Source of the DNA: Octopus sinensis
Taxonomy: Eukaryota
NCBI RefSeq assembly: GCF_006345805.1
Contig: NC_043012.1
Span: 40,858,001 to 40,922,000, forward strand
Reading direction: 5' to 3'
Length of the DNA stretch: 64,000 nucleotides
The translations under genes and the position numbers were made by a program. Under the pieces are notes generated by a model. The model was not told where the DNA came from and searched no databases. It worked only from the letters and a program-made list of their open reading frames with translations. Shown here piece by piece: positions 25,760 to 39,909 of the stretch (position 1 is its first letter; each line of letters opens with the position of its first letter).

Positions 25760-26115
25760 GTTGGTGAACTCCAGCAAGACAAACGCACCGAGAGTGGCCA
25801 GAAAAAGGGCTTCAAAGACACTTAAAAAAAAGGCTTCTCTAAAGTCCCTCATCATCTGCTCTGTCACATGGGAACAGGTGACTCAAGACCAGGTCAAGTG
25901 GTCATCAGCTGTCCACAAGGGTGTGAAAACCGGCAAAGCCGACAGGAATTCCTGCAGCTGAAGAACGCAGCAGACCAGGAAAACCAGCAGGTCCCCAACT
26001 ATCTTCATCATTCCTTGCCCACCACTACCAGAGGACCTTCCTGCATGTCTTGACCTACTCCATCACCCACAAAGCCCAAACCCAAACCCAATCCCCAGAT
26101 GACCAAATGATCCTT
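25760..26115 (+). mobile_element. RTE LINE 3' remnant
   Basis: RKRASKTLK..SLK....TWEQVTQDQVKWSSAVHKG resembles the C-terminus of the 47-49 kb RTE. Confidence 0.65.
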
Positions 26116-27062
26116 GTTGACCCATTGCCTTACCGGGTCAACTTTCTGTTGTTGTTGTTGTTATTGCTATTGTTGTTATGATTGTCAATGATAAGTTGTT
26201 TGTGGAACTATTGTTGTTGTAACTGTTGTTGTTGTTATTGTTGCTTACGTTATTGCTGCTCTCCTTGGATGTGATTGTTGTTGTTGTAGTTGGTAGTGGT
26301 GTTGGCAGTGATGATGATAGTGATGATGATGGTGATGGTGGTGATGGTGATCCTCCTCCAGTGTTGCTCCACTGTTGCTTCTCTTCCTGTGTTGTAATCA
26401 AATCAGAGAAATTCTCTTTGAAATCCAACAAATTATTAAAAACAAAACAAAACATAAATAAAGAAATGTAGAATTAAAACACACACACACACACTCAGAG
26501 AAACATACACACACATAGATTCACACACACACACACATACATGTACAGAGACATAAATATGCACATCCATAGGTACACACACACACACGCAAACACAGAG
26601 GCACACAAAGACACATACACACACACACACACAACTCATGCATAGGTTCACACACACTCATACATAAACAGACACATACACTTAGACTCACACATACACA
26701 CCCACCCACCCACGCACGCACAACACACACACACACACGCGGCAAAAATAAACTGTGAATAAGAAACAAAAAACAACAGGCTAAACAAAAAAAACCACCA
26801 ATGAAATTACTTAAAACACAACAACAACAACAACACCACTCTCCCCCCCACCATCACAAAACAATAAAAACAATATACAACAAATAACAAAAAAGAAACC
26901 CACAGTGATTTAATGAACTCAATAACCTTTCTTTAACAGCTACCCCCCCATCACGCCCACGGCCCCAACGTTTTGAGTTCTTCCTTGTTTAATGTTTTAT
27001 TTAATTTACATTGATTAGAAATTGTTCTTTGAGTGCAGGAACTAACGAGCTTCATGACTGCC

Positions 27063-27101
<39 letters not shown>

Positions 27102-27587
27102 CACACACAAGACTACACACACACAACACAACACACACACACACACACACACACTTTACACCACACACACACACACACTCTCTCTCTCTGTCACTGTTAT
27201 TTCTCTCTCTTATATATTACATACCATATATATTATATGTATGAATTTATAGACATTCATACATATGTGCCCACACACATACACATATTTGTGTATATAT
27301 ATATATATACACATACACGTGTATATGTGTGGATATATATATATATATATATAATTTTGTTTGTATATACATATATTACATATGTGTGTGTATGTATATA
27401 TATATCTATATATCTATATCTATCTATATATATACACACACACACACATATATATGTATACACATATGAATATATACATATGTATACAGATATTACATAT
27501 GTACATATACACACATATATATATATATGTAGACACACACACAGACACACACACACACACTCATGTACATATCCTCTTTGTGTGTGT

Positions 27588-27623
<36 letters not shown>

Positions 27624-27907
27624 TCTGTTTCTCTCCTTCGAAACAAATCTCTCTCACCTGTGTGGAAGGAAGAGGACATCTTTCACATTTCCTCTCAGAC
27701 ATTTTCCTCGCTAAATACTTAATTGTCACAGGTGTCTCTCTCCTCTGACATCACGTATTCGCTTTGATCAATTATTGCTGTTACTATTAACTGGATTTAA
27801 AACCCTCTGCTGTTTACTTTGTAGTTTATCTGTGGAATGTCCGTGAGTGTGTCACCTTTCTGGCAAGAATAATAATAATAATAATAATAATCATAATAAT
27901 AATAATC

Positions 27908-27941
<34 letters not shown>

Positions 27942-28122
27942 TAATATCTCTATCACATGACTCTGTAAATGAACAATCTGGTGTGTTTGTTTTAATGGCT
28001 TACCAATGCATACGCTATGTTTCTCTGCCCTAGGTGTCTGGCAGACACTTGGCAAGAAATGGAAACAGAATTGAAAGAAGATGCTAATAAAAATGATGAT
28101 GATGATAAAAATAATAATAAAC

Positions 28123-28510
28123 CTCTGGGACTTTCGCAATCTAAAGAGATCAGGTACGAGGGCATAACAGACTGGATCTAGTGGTGGTCAGCAAGATGCA
28201 CCACATGTGCTATATAGTTAATGTGGCATGCCCTTTTGACCCATGAATGGTCAAGAAGGAAGGCAAAAAGATAGATAAATACAACCCTCTTAAGTACGAA
28301 ATAGCCCGATTATGGCAAAAGAATAAGGTGAAGATAGGGCCAATTATTGTTGGGTCCTTGGGGGACAATATCAGAAGGCATTAAGGGGAATATGAAGGAA
28401 ATTGGAATTGAGTGCCCAGCAAGAACTGTTCCAAAAGGTTTGCCTTGCCATAGGCTGCAGGTAGTAAGCTTGCTACACATGCAAGACCCCATATGTTCCA
28501 ACAAAACCTG
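28123..28510 (+). mobile_element. R4/Dong-like non-LTR element, restriction-like endonuclease remnant
   Basis: LWDF...LDLVVV...NVACPFD...KIDKY..LKYEIARLW...PIIVGSLGTI. Confidence 0.75.
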
Positions 28511-29377
28511 TGATAAAAGGAAATAATGGTAATCCTTTCTACTTAAGGCATAAGGCTTGAAATTTTGGAGAAGGGGACTAGTCAATTATATTGACTCCCC
28601 CCCCCAGTATTCAACTGGTACTTAATTTACTGACCTTGAAAGGAGGAAAGGCAAAGTTGACCTCAGCGGAATTTGAACTCAGAACGTAAAGACAGGTGAA
28701 ATGTGGCTAAGCATTTTGCCCAACATGCTAACGATTCTGTCAACTCACTGCTTTGATGATGAAGATAATAATAACAATAATAATCATCATCATTATCCTT
28801 TCTACTATAGGTACAAGGCCTGAAATTTTTGGGGAGGGGATTAGTTGATTATATCGACCCCCGTGTTTCACTGGTGCTTAATTTATTGACCCCAAAAAGA
28901 CAAAAGGCAAAGTCGACCTCGGCGGAATTTGAACTCAGAATGTTAAGACAGATGAAATGCTGCTCAGCATTTTGCCTTGTGTGCTAACAATTCTGCCAGC
29001 TTGCTGCCTTAATAAGAGTAATAATAATAATAACAATAATAATAATGATAATAATGATAATAATGATAATAATAATAATAATAACAATAAAAATAATAAT
29101 AATAATATTAATGATAATAATAAAGATCTAAATTCTTTCTACTGTAAGCACAAAGCCTGAGTTTTTTTTGTTGGGTTTGGGGGCAAGTGAATTACATTGA
29201 CCTGAGTACATTATTGCTACTTTATTGACCCCAAAAGGATGAAAGATAGTCAAGTTTTGTGATCGATAAAATTAAGTGCCTCTCAAGTACAGGGGGCGAT
29301 GTAGGTTACAAACTCTTCTTGCTAAAATTGCTGGCCTTGTGGCAAAATTTGAAAATTGTTGTAGTTATTATTATTGA

Positions 29378-29866
29378 GTGAGAGAGCAGTGGAAGCCATC
29401 AAAGTGATACTCGGGTAAAATATACGAAAGCCCATCATACACCTGTCTGATAAGGGTACGTACACCAGGCACATGCATCACAACCATATGTGCGTGACAT
29501 GGTGATCTTAATAAGAGAAACAGCACATGACCTTGCAGGTGGGTCCCAGTAGAATTAGTTTTCTTCAGGTCGGGTAGCACATCCCCCTCAAAAGGTCCCT
29601 GAACAAAGATGTTTAAGGATGTTGGGAACATAAACCACCCATGTTTCCAAAGGTGAATTATTCAAACCCCAAAGAATCCCTCTCAACACATGGCTATGAT
29701 GCTCACCCACTACTTCTACTTCGTGATCAGAGATGCACATATCGTCAGCCACTAAGGGACATGCTCAACTGGTTAAGGTCAAACAACTGACAAGCAAATC
29801 TGTGGTATTGAGCAGAATATTTGCTGTAGCCCATCTTTATACCAAGACAAAACAATGTACATGATA
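29378..29866 (+). mobile_element. Family E dispersed repeat, copy 3, running into the gap
   Basis: Near-identical to 13408-13850. Confidence 0.8.
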
Positions 29867-29966
29867 NNNNNNNNNNNNNNNNNNNNNNNNNNNNNNNNNN
29901 NNNNNNNNNNNNNNNNNNNNNNNNNNNNNNNNNNNNNNNNNNNNNNNNNNNNNNNNNNNNNNNNNN
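29867..29966. other. Scaffold gap (100 N)
   Basis: Exactly 100 N, the usual placeholder for a gap of unknown size. Confidence 0.99.
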
Positions 29967-30635
29967 TACATCATTCATTCCTTAGCAATTTTTTTCTTGT
30001 GCTTCCAATTTAAATATAGCAACTCTTGCAGTGAACCTTTTTTTTATTTTGTTTGTGTTACACAATGTAAGAATTAATCTTGTCAGGCAGTAAATCACAA
30101 TGGTAACATTTCATTGAAAAAAATCTTCACTCTTCGTCTTGTTTTGTTCTTTCAGTTCTCCTTATATGCTAGGCCAAGTTGTTTATTCACCTGATTCTTA
30201 TCATGAAGTAAACATCATTGAAATATAACAGGTATACTTTCCATATCTAACTACTTCTGGTCGTTGAACAAAAACAAGAGATTTACATTTTGTTCACGCC
30301 TCGTCTTATTCTGCACCGTGTGTTGCTTGTTTATACGTCTGCGGCTCAATCTGTTGAATGTTGGTATTTAAGTAAAATAACCGATGCCAAATTAAGAATT
30401 TGCTATATTTAAAAAAAATCTTTTGGATTTGTAGAATCGGATTATTAGCATGACACACGGGAAATGTTTTTCATAGATTCGTAAAATTATATAGAAAATG
30501 TTCGTCGGAAATTTGACAATGATCAGGAAAATATTAATGAAAATCATATGATGCATACATACATACATACACACACAAACACACACACATATATATATTA
30601 TATATATATATATATATTATATATATATATATTAT

Positions 30636-30689
<54 letters not shown>

Positions 30690-31028
30690 CATATATATAT
30701 ATAGCATTATTACAGGTTGAACATTAATAATTTCACCATCGAACATTAAAAATAACAAATAACAAAATAAAAGAACAAACTTACGGAATATACTAGCTTG
30801 ACACTCAGGAATGGTGCCAAAAAGAGTGGGTTCTTTTTGGCGTTTGGGGTTTAGTTCTTCGCCAGAAAGAGGAGAAAGGAAAAAATCCAGAGAAAGAAAG
30901 AAAAGTCCATGTGGGCTTTTTTATGCATATGTGTAGGTATGTGTCTATGTACGCATGTATGTATATATATGTATGTATGGAAGCGAGATAGAGAGGAGAA
31001 ATAGATAGATACATAAACATATATATAT

Positions 31029-31066
<38 letters not shown>

Positions 31067-31164
31067 CCGGAGTAAACACATAAATGTGAAACAAGGTGGA
31101 AAAAGAGTACTCAAATACCAGTGGTAGAGTAATATGCTTTATTTTAAGCAGCAGAAAATTCAAC

Positions 31165-31212
31165 AAAATCTGTTACTCTGAGTTTCTCGTTGCCGTTCAT
31201 CAGACAGTTTTT
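31165..31212 (-). ncRNA. Minimal type I hammerhead ribozyme-like motif with canonical core
   Basis: Minus strand: AAAAACTGT CTGATGA ACGGCAACGA GAA ACTC-A-GAGT A ACAGATTTT. GUA triplet; same family as 12100-12145. Confidence 0.65.
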
Positions 31213-31609
31213 GCTAGAATGGAACCGATATATCAATTCAATCTAGACTCTTACAAACGCTACACCTTTAAAAAGAAATGGACGTTTGATTGGCCCTTTA
31301 GAAAAAAACGGTCAATCTTCGAGCGATAAACAAAAAGGTCAAAAATATATGTATATATATATAAAAAACTTATAAAAAAATTATTAAATCCGAGGAAAAA
31401 ACCTTACATTGATAAAATACATATTGACGTTAATGAGAAAGTATAAATTAATTCATAGGAATTAAACCTGTTATTTAAATATTACACTGCAATACATATT
31501 TTATTAAAATGTGCATATATATATCAACATACACAAAAAGGATGCGCGCCAACGCCCATACATATACAGACGTATGAATATAAATCTAAATATAAATGGA
31601 AGAATAGTA

Positions 31610-33050
31610 AGTCAGTCATAGAGTGGTTTAAAAGGTATTAGCTATAAGAATAATTGTAGTTTCACACAATTCGACATTATTGACTTTTACCCGTCAATAT
31701 CTAGGACGTTGCTCCTAAGGGCATGGACTTCGCCAAGCAATATGTCAACATCGATAGCTCGGAAATGATATTATTTTATGCATGCGAGGAAATCGCTCTT
31801 TTTTTTCGAGGATTCCACCTGGATTAAGAAGACCGAGGATTCTCTTTTCGATGTACCGATGGGGGCATACGACGGGGCTGAGTTATGTATGCTCATAGGA
31901 GCCTTTATTCTCCATAATCTAAAAATAGAATTCCCTTTTATAGATGCAGGGTATATAGGGATGACGGCCTTATAGCCACGCATATCTAAACGGCCATGAA
32001 TCAGATAGACTTAGGAAGGACCTCATAGCTTTCTTTCAAAGGATGGGCTTACGGGTTACGATAGATGCTAAGCTGAATAGTGTAGATTTTTAGACGTAAA
32101 TTTAATGTAAGATCGGATAGATTTAAACCTTTCCGTAAGCCCAATGAAAAGCTATCGTATATTAGCAAAGATTCGAACCATCCACCAGTTATCCTTAGGA
32201 ACTTAGTCAGCAATGTAGGTAGAAGAATATCTTCAATTTCTTCGAACGAGGCAGCATTCCATAATGCTGCACCTTATTACATAGCGCATTAAAGAATAGT
32301 GGATTCTCTGAGAAGATCCAGTTCAACCAGCTTAATGCTGATAATAATGCTGCACGAAGAACTGGACCAGGAAAGTTTTGTGGTTCAACCCGGCTTTAAT
32401 TTGGCCGTAGAGACTAATATAGGTAAGGAATTTTTGAGATTAGACTCTAAGCATTTTAAGCAGGTCTCATAATTCTATAGGATTTTTAATAGAAGAACCC
32501 TGAAGGTTAGCTATTCTTGTTTGCAGAGAAAAAATTTCGCCTCTTACATTGCCAACATAATAGGAAGCTAATTGAGATTAGACATGGTGCCGAGCCCATT
32601 AAGAAATGCAATTTCAAAAACGAAAGCTCCTGTCCGTTTAGAAGGAAATGTCTAGTGTGAAAGGGGTATTTATATAGAGCCAAGGTGCAAGTGGAAGGCT
32701 CATCAGAATACAAGACATACACAGGGGCTTCAGAAAATTCATTTAAAACAAGATTTTATTCTCATAAAAAATTCATTAAATACCCAGAGATAGGAGAGGA
32801 CCAGCCTAGCAAATATGTCTGGGAACTAAAAAGAAAAAGGAAGCCCCACCTTTCAACGTGACATGGAGCATTCTGGACAGGGCGCACCATACAGGCATGG
32901 AGCATACAAAATAATTTCAGTGCAAACTTTGTCTATTAGAAAAAATGTACATCTTATTCAAAGACAATAATTCTTTGAATCAAAGAAGGACTAATGAACT
33001 TATGTAGGCACGCGGCTAAATTTAAAATGTCGAAATATAAATATACCATA
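31610..33050 (+). mobile_element. Penelope-like retroelement, 5'-truncated and frameshifted: RT plus C-terminal GIY-YIG endonuclease
   Basis: Stitching frames gives FDIIDFYPSI (~31670), FDVPMGAYDGAE (~31850), YRDDG (~31954), DFLD (~32085), SNHPP, WFNP, V.YRAKV...TYTG (GIY-YIG, ~32665-32725), KYVWELK and CKLCLLEK (~32920). Confidence 0.9.
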
Positions 33051-33832
33051 TGGATAGAGTATATATTTTGTATTTTTGATTTTTGAAATTTTGATTTTGA
33101 CTCTTGAACGATGAGCGCTACGATGGATTTTGTTTCCAAGCTATGCAGATCTTAATCCGTATAGCAAAGTCTTATGTTTCTACATATACATCAGGAAAAA
33201 CCTTCGACCCTGTTTTCAGGTTATTGTATTGTATAGGATTACCTTGATTATTTATATTACCTTGATTATTTATAAATGATCCAAAATAGGGTGTTATATT
33301 TTATTTTATATGTCTTTCGTATATATTTTTATTAATGCACCCATTCTTTTAAAAAAAGCAATGTTTTTTTCAAAAATGATATCGATAATACATGTGTTTC
33401 TTAAACAAACATTTATTTACACTGAGTATTTGAAGAATTACTCAGTAATTTATACTCATTAGTGTTTTGGTGATTGCAAATTGTCGCAGAAACAATTCCT
33501 TTCAAATTAAGCTAATACGGGTCTGGAAGTTGGAAATTTTAAGTCGAGGAATTAAGAAGGTGTATAGATTATATATATATATACATGCATGCTGTACTTC
33601 TTTCAATTTCCGTATACCATATTCTCATATTCATACACAAGGATTTGGTCGTGCCGGGGGTTATAGTTGGGGGTTATAGAAAAAAATTGATAACATTCTT
33701 CAGACATATTGACTCAAATATATATTTTTTAACCTTTTAAAACAAGCCTTCTGTAGTTTTTTCACTTTTTATTATTTTCTATATATATATATATATATAC
33801 ATATATATATACATACACACACACACACACAC

Positions 33833-33868
<36 letters not shown>

Positions 33869-34079
33869 GCACAGAGATAACTCCAGTGTTACTGGTGTTA
33901 CTGCGCGCACACACACACCCGCGCACGTCTCTGCCTACCAGTTGTGTTTCTGCTTCTGTTTCACCTTTTATGGAAACTCTCCTCGAAAAGGAAAATATTA
34001 TCAAGGGAACAAGAAAGAGGTTGGTGATGAGGTTTATCTCCGAAATAACTGGAGGGGAAAAAGGGAAGAAGGATGTTGT

Positions 34080-34790
34080 AGTGTCACACAAGAAAGAGAG
34101 AGAGAGAGGTGGAGAGAAAAGGAGAGAGAGAGAGGTGGAGAGAAAGAGAGAGAGAGAGTGAGAGTGAGGAGAGGGTAAGAGAGGATTGCTGGTATGGGGA
34201 AAGAAAAGAGTGAGAGAGGAAGAGAGAGGAAGTGATAGATAGAGAGAGAAGGGTGCAGTGTGAGTGAGAGGAACCTGATAAACAGAAGAGAAAAAGTGTG
34301 CGTGGGTGTGTGTGTGTTTTGGTATATGTGAGTATGTGTGTGTGTGTGGAGGAGAGAGAGAGAGAGAGAGAGAGAGCAGGGATGAGAAAAAACCGGTAAA
34401 GAAAGACAGGAAAAGAGACGGAGAGATAGAGAGAGAAGATAATGAGAGAGGGAAAGAGAAAGAGGGAGAAAGAAAGAGAAAGAGACAGAGGGAGAGAAAG
34501 AAAAAAGAGGCTGAAAGAGTGGGATCCGAAGAAGAGAGAGAAGAAGAGTGTGAGAGAGAAAGAGAGAGAAAGAGAAGGAGAGAGAGCAGGGATGAGAAAA
34601 AGAGGTAAAGAAAGACAGGAAAAGAGACGGAGAGAAGGAGAAAGAAGATAACGAGAGAGGGAAAGAGAAAGAGACAGAGGGGGAGAAAGAAAAAAGAGAG
34701 GCCGAAAGAGTGGGAGAGTGAGAGAGACGGAAAGAGATAGAGAATGAGAGAATGAAAGAGATAAAAAGAGACTGAAAGAGTGGGCTTCTA

Positions 34791-34825
<35 letters not shown>
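34080..34825. repeat. (GA)n-rich low-complexity tract with internal duplications
   Basis: gagcagggatgagaaaaa..ggtaaagaaagacaggaaaagagacggaga occurs at ~34375 and ~34585. Confidence 0.9.
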
Positions 34826-35919
34826 TAGGCAATAAAAATGCAATCAAGAATGAATGGAAGCTGAGAAAGGCCAAAATTAAAATGAACGAAACTATTAAAA
34901 ATCACAGATCTAAGGAAGCGGGTCCTCTGAGTTGATAGCAAAATGAAAGGAGGGCAGAGAATGCAGATTCATGAAAAATTCAACACGAGGCTATATCAAA
35001 ACAAACATTTATTATTATTTTTGTTGTTCTTGTTGTTGCTGTCGAGATTGCGCAACACTAAAACCTCTCCAACTTGTAATAAACACTGTTCTCAATATTT
35101 TAACTTGATTATATGATAATTTGGTGATACGTTTAAGTAGAATTAACATATTGGTCGTCGTTAATTTTGGTATGGATACTAGCATTGTTTAGTAGGTGCG
35201 ATAGTTGTTTTTATGAGTATAAATTTTATGATTAGTAAAACTTAATTAAGAGCAGCTGATATTCAAAGACGCACTAATTAGCAGAAATCTAAGGAACTGG
35301 GTTGATTCATATTCATGTGATTGCAGATTTATCGTCTTATTAACCTCGTTTTCTGCATCTATTTAAAATATTTGCTTATGTGTATTATATCACTTGTTAA
35401 TCACAATCAGAGGTGAATATTACTGTCTAGCAGTAGAAAGCAGAAGGAAGTAGCGGTAACTTCGTGCAGAGCAAATATAATAAAGGATTTCGTTTTACAT
35501 ATTTCGTCTTACATATTTCGATGATGTACATACACACATATAATCACATTTACACACACACACACGCGCACACACACACGCACACACACACACGCACACA
35601 CACACAGACACTCATATATATCTACGTTTAGGTAGGTGAAATGTTTGTGTGTGTGTATACACCATGTATTGTATAAGTTTTGAGACTTTCAGGAGAGTTC
35701 TGGCTATGTTAGTATATAATTTGCGTACTTAATCGTGGAGGCGCAATTGCCTAGTGGTTAGGCCAGCGGGCTCGCGGTCATAGGGTTGTAGTTTCAATTC
35801 CCCGATGGGTGTTGTAGGTGTTATTGTTTTTCTATGTTTTAAATTGACTGTTAGTGTATAATTTTTTTTAGAATATTAAGTAATAATAGTTGAACATTTA
35901 TAAATATATATATATCTAG

Positions 35920-35976
<57 letters not shown>

Positions 35977-35979
35977 CTA

Positions 35980-36039
<60 letters not shown>

Positions 36040-36193
36040 AGTTGAGTTTCTGTAATTATGGATACAACTCATAAACATGAAGAAATTAACAAAAAAAAGA
36101 TCCAACAAATATATTGATATTTCACAAACAAACTAACACCATTAAATATATATATATCTACACTATATATATACGTATATATATATGCATATG

Positions 36194-36242
<49 letters not shown>

Positions 36243-36279
36243 GCATATGTATATATATATATATATATATATAAATTTG

Positions 36280-36554
36280 AATATAATGAAATTAGAATTC
36301 TTTGATACTCTCCTATATAGGATTACAAAAAATTCTATATATCTAGGGAAATTACTTGGTTCACCTTGATTACCTTCCTTCCATTACCTTTTAATATATC
36401 TTTTTAATATATCTTATCCTGATATATTTGCTAAATTGATAAAGTTTTCTTCCACAGTTAGTAAATACTATTTCTAACATATTCTTTTAATTCAACTCAT
36501 TAATAAAATAAATCAGCATTTACTAGCTAATTATGATTCTATATTAATTGAAAT

Positions 36555-36597
<43 letters not shown>

Positions 36598-36608
36598 ATC
36601 TATATATG

Positions 36609-36639
<31 letters not shown>

Positions 36640-38560
36640 GGTATGTAGAAAAATACAACAATGACAATAACGTATAACTCATAGAAGACGATACAATAAC
36701 ATGGACAGGACATTCGAACCCCTCGTCTTCAGTCAAGAACCGATCATCGTAGTAATTTCTATTTCGGCTGATATATATATATATTAAGGTATGTAGAAAA
36801 ATACAACATGGACAAGAACGTATAACTCAAGAAACGACACAATAAACACGGACAGGACATTCGAAACCTCCAGTCTTCAGTCAGAACCGGATCATCGTAG
36901 TAATTTCGGCTGATTAATCTTGAGATTACTAGATCACGGCCAGCCCTCCAAGAAAAACTAAGCAACGAGCATTAGAAAAACTAAGCTGGGAGCGTAGATT
37001 TCCTGGAAGAAGGATCGAATGCATACGGACACCAGGACAGCAAAAGGGACGAATATAAAAAAACAAAAAAATAATGGAATACAGAAACATGAAATACAGA
37101 AGCATTAACGGTGAAACACAACAAGTGTCTTACGACTGATAACAAGCAAACAAATTTTTTCTCTTCTGCGCGAGGAAAGGAGCCTTATCGGCGATGCCTA
37201 TAGCGGCGGACGAAAAACAACGATGTTAACACGACGCTGGTCAGAAGCTGAAAGGCAGATTTCGGCAGCAGTCACGTGACAGAGAAGAGAGAAAAGAAAA
37301 GAAAGAGAAGCAACGGAGAGAGAGAGAGAGGAGAGAGAGAGAGGAGGGACAAACGCAACAAAGAGAGAAAGAGAGAGAAGGAAGGAATCAGAGAGAGAAG
37401 GGATGGTGTCGAAGAGCGACCTGTGAGTGCAGAGCGAGACAAAGAAATAGGAGGTAGTGGAAGATTAGACCAAAGAATCAGAGGAAAGAGAAGAGAAACA
37501 AGAGATGAGTAGAGAGAGAAGGGGACAGATCAAGTAAAAGTGAGAGAGAGAGAGACAAACAAGATCGTACCAGTTATTAAGAATATGTGCTCACATTAAT
37601 GTTAAGAGGGTACGTGGAGCCTGGAATATATGTTAAGGTATGTAGAAAAATACAACATGGACAAGAACGTTATAACTCAAGAAGACGACACAATAAACAC
37701 GCGACGACAGGACATTCGAAACCCTCAGTCTTCAGTCAAGAACCGGATCATCGTAGTAATTTCGGCTGATATATATATATATAATATATTATATATATAT
37801 ATAATTATATTTATATAGCTATGAAATGATTGAAAAAATTCTATATCTCTAGAGAAATTACTTGGTTCATCTTGATTACCTCCCTTCCATTACTTTTTGA
37901 TATATCTTATTGACTCCTGATATATGTGCTAAATTGATAAAGTTTTTTCCCACAGTTAGTAGATATTATGTCTAACATTTTCTTTTAATTTCGTTTTTGG
38001 ATTTGGTTTGCAAGATTCTTTATATGAGTTCGTGTGTTGAAGCATATTCTGTTGTGTTTGGGAAGAGTCATTCTCTTTTAATGCCTTATTATTTAACACA
38101 CTCACCGGTAAAATTTCCACGTCTTTCATTTTTTTATTTTCTAAAAATTTCGTTGCGTGTTGCGACCTTTTCAATAGTCTTGACTCTCTTATTGGTTGAT
38201 CTCTTTGTATATTTTCCTTTTGATGTTTTGTAACATCGCGTGTTTCAGCTTTCTCCCTTGATGTTCTGTGAGTCCTAACCGCTTGACAGCTGAATTGATA
38301 GATTTTGTGTATAGCTTGGAGGAGATGCATGTTTTAATGAAGTGGAGTAGTCGGGTAGTCAAGACAATTGAAAAGGTTGCAACACGCAACGAAAATTTTA
38401 GAAAATAAAAAAAAGAAAGAAGTGGAAATTTTACCGGTGAGTGTGTTAAATAATAAGGCACTAAAAGAGAATGACTCGCCCCAGACACAACAGAATTATC
38501 TTTTAATTCAACTCATTAATAAAATAAATCACAATTTACTAGCTACTTATGATTCTATAT
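36280..38560. repeat. Rearranged repeat array with direct and inverted duplications (PLE-pLTR-like)
   Basis: A ~130-bp unit occurs at 36637, 36785 and 37632. The 36290-36530 block recurs at 37820-37970 and in part at 38497. Inverted arms lie at 38046-38185 and 38357-38496. Confidence 0.7.
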
Positions 38561-39254
38561 TAATAGAAATGGATATATATATATATATTTATATAAATAT
38601 GAAATGATTTCTATGTTTTCTATCCCTATATAAGATATTAATATTTATTGAAATCCTTTAGAAAATTATCTAAAAGATATCTACTTAATTTTCTTAATAT
38701 AGAATCTGCCTGTTAAATGGTAAGGGACATTGAAAACCTCTAGAGCATTAGTAGTCTCTGTTTCCCTACCCCTCTAACTTCAACCTACTAGCTTTTTGCT
38801 ATAATACATTCAAATATATCTAAACTGAATTCCTCAAAATGGGGATGGGTTTATGGTTTTGACATTTGTACTACCCCTTCCTATATCTATAAATAGAAAA
38901 AAAATCCTTGTTTGTTTCCATTCAACCAAGAATAGAACCCCCTCCCCACTGACAGATATAAATAACAGAGTGAACTCAATGATAAAATCTATAGACGGAG
39001 AGTGAACATACTACCATCATGTTCTTAAGAATGAAATCAACCTCTCTGTTTCTATATCTACCCTCTTTATAATGTTGGCAAACGAAATAGGGATAAGAAT
39101 GTGCATTGTCCGTTTAATTAGAAAATTCTATATGTGGTTGAAGATTGCTCGACGTTTTAAAACCGAAGTAATACTTACAGTGTTTAATAAAATGAAGTAG
39201 CATGAAACAACTGTACTTCTCTACCTTGGATATCCTTGTTTCTTATTTTTGATA

Positions 39255-39300
<46 letters not shown>

Positions 39301-39909
39301 CATACATGCATACATGCATACATGCATACATACATACATACATACATACATACATACATACATGATACATACATACATACATACATACATACATACATAC
39401 ATACATACATACATACATACATACATACAATATATATATTGTATGTTTTTGTGGTGTAGATTGCACGAAAAATTTTCAATTTTTAGGAATAATATATGAG
39501 ATTAAAATGGTCAAAAATGCTTTACTTACTTTAGTTTAAAGAGTGTGGTTGTTTCCAAAACAGTTGGCTTAAATATTATATTTAAATAAAATAATTATAA
39601 TTTGGTGTATAGGCATATAAAGTTGTGATCCACGAGGCTCGGTAGCGGGTGGTGGTGAACCCTGTTATACTCTTTCATCACAACTTTCTCTCACTCTTTT
39701 TCCTGTTTCTTTTGTACCTGTATTTCACAGGGCCAGCCTTGTCACTCTCTGTATCTCGCTGAATCTCCCTGAGAATTACATTAAGGGTACACGTGTCTGT
39801 GGCGTGCTCAGCCACTTGCAAATTAATTTCACAAGCAGGCTGTTCTGTTGATTGGATCAACTGGAACCCTCGTCGTCATAACCGACAGAGTGCTGTAGTA
39901 ATACTTCAA

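Noticed and set aside
27660-27722. WKEEDIF as the missing DXD exon
   Set aside because: No splice acceptor, a microsatellite context and a poor match around the motif.
30172-30230. GQVVYSPDSYHEVNIIEI* as a terminal exon
   Set aside because: No recognisable homology, and it lies beyond an unsized gap.
36690-37770. CTGAAGA...GAAT motifs on the minus strand of the triplicated unit (similar motifs at ~16530 and ~33200)
   Set aside because: A15.1 is missing and helix I cannot form, so I did not call a hammerhead, though a decayed one is possible.
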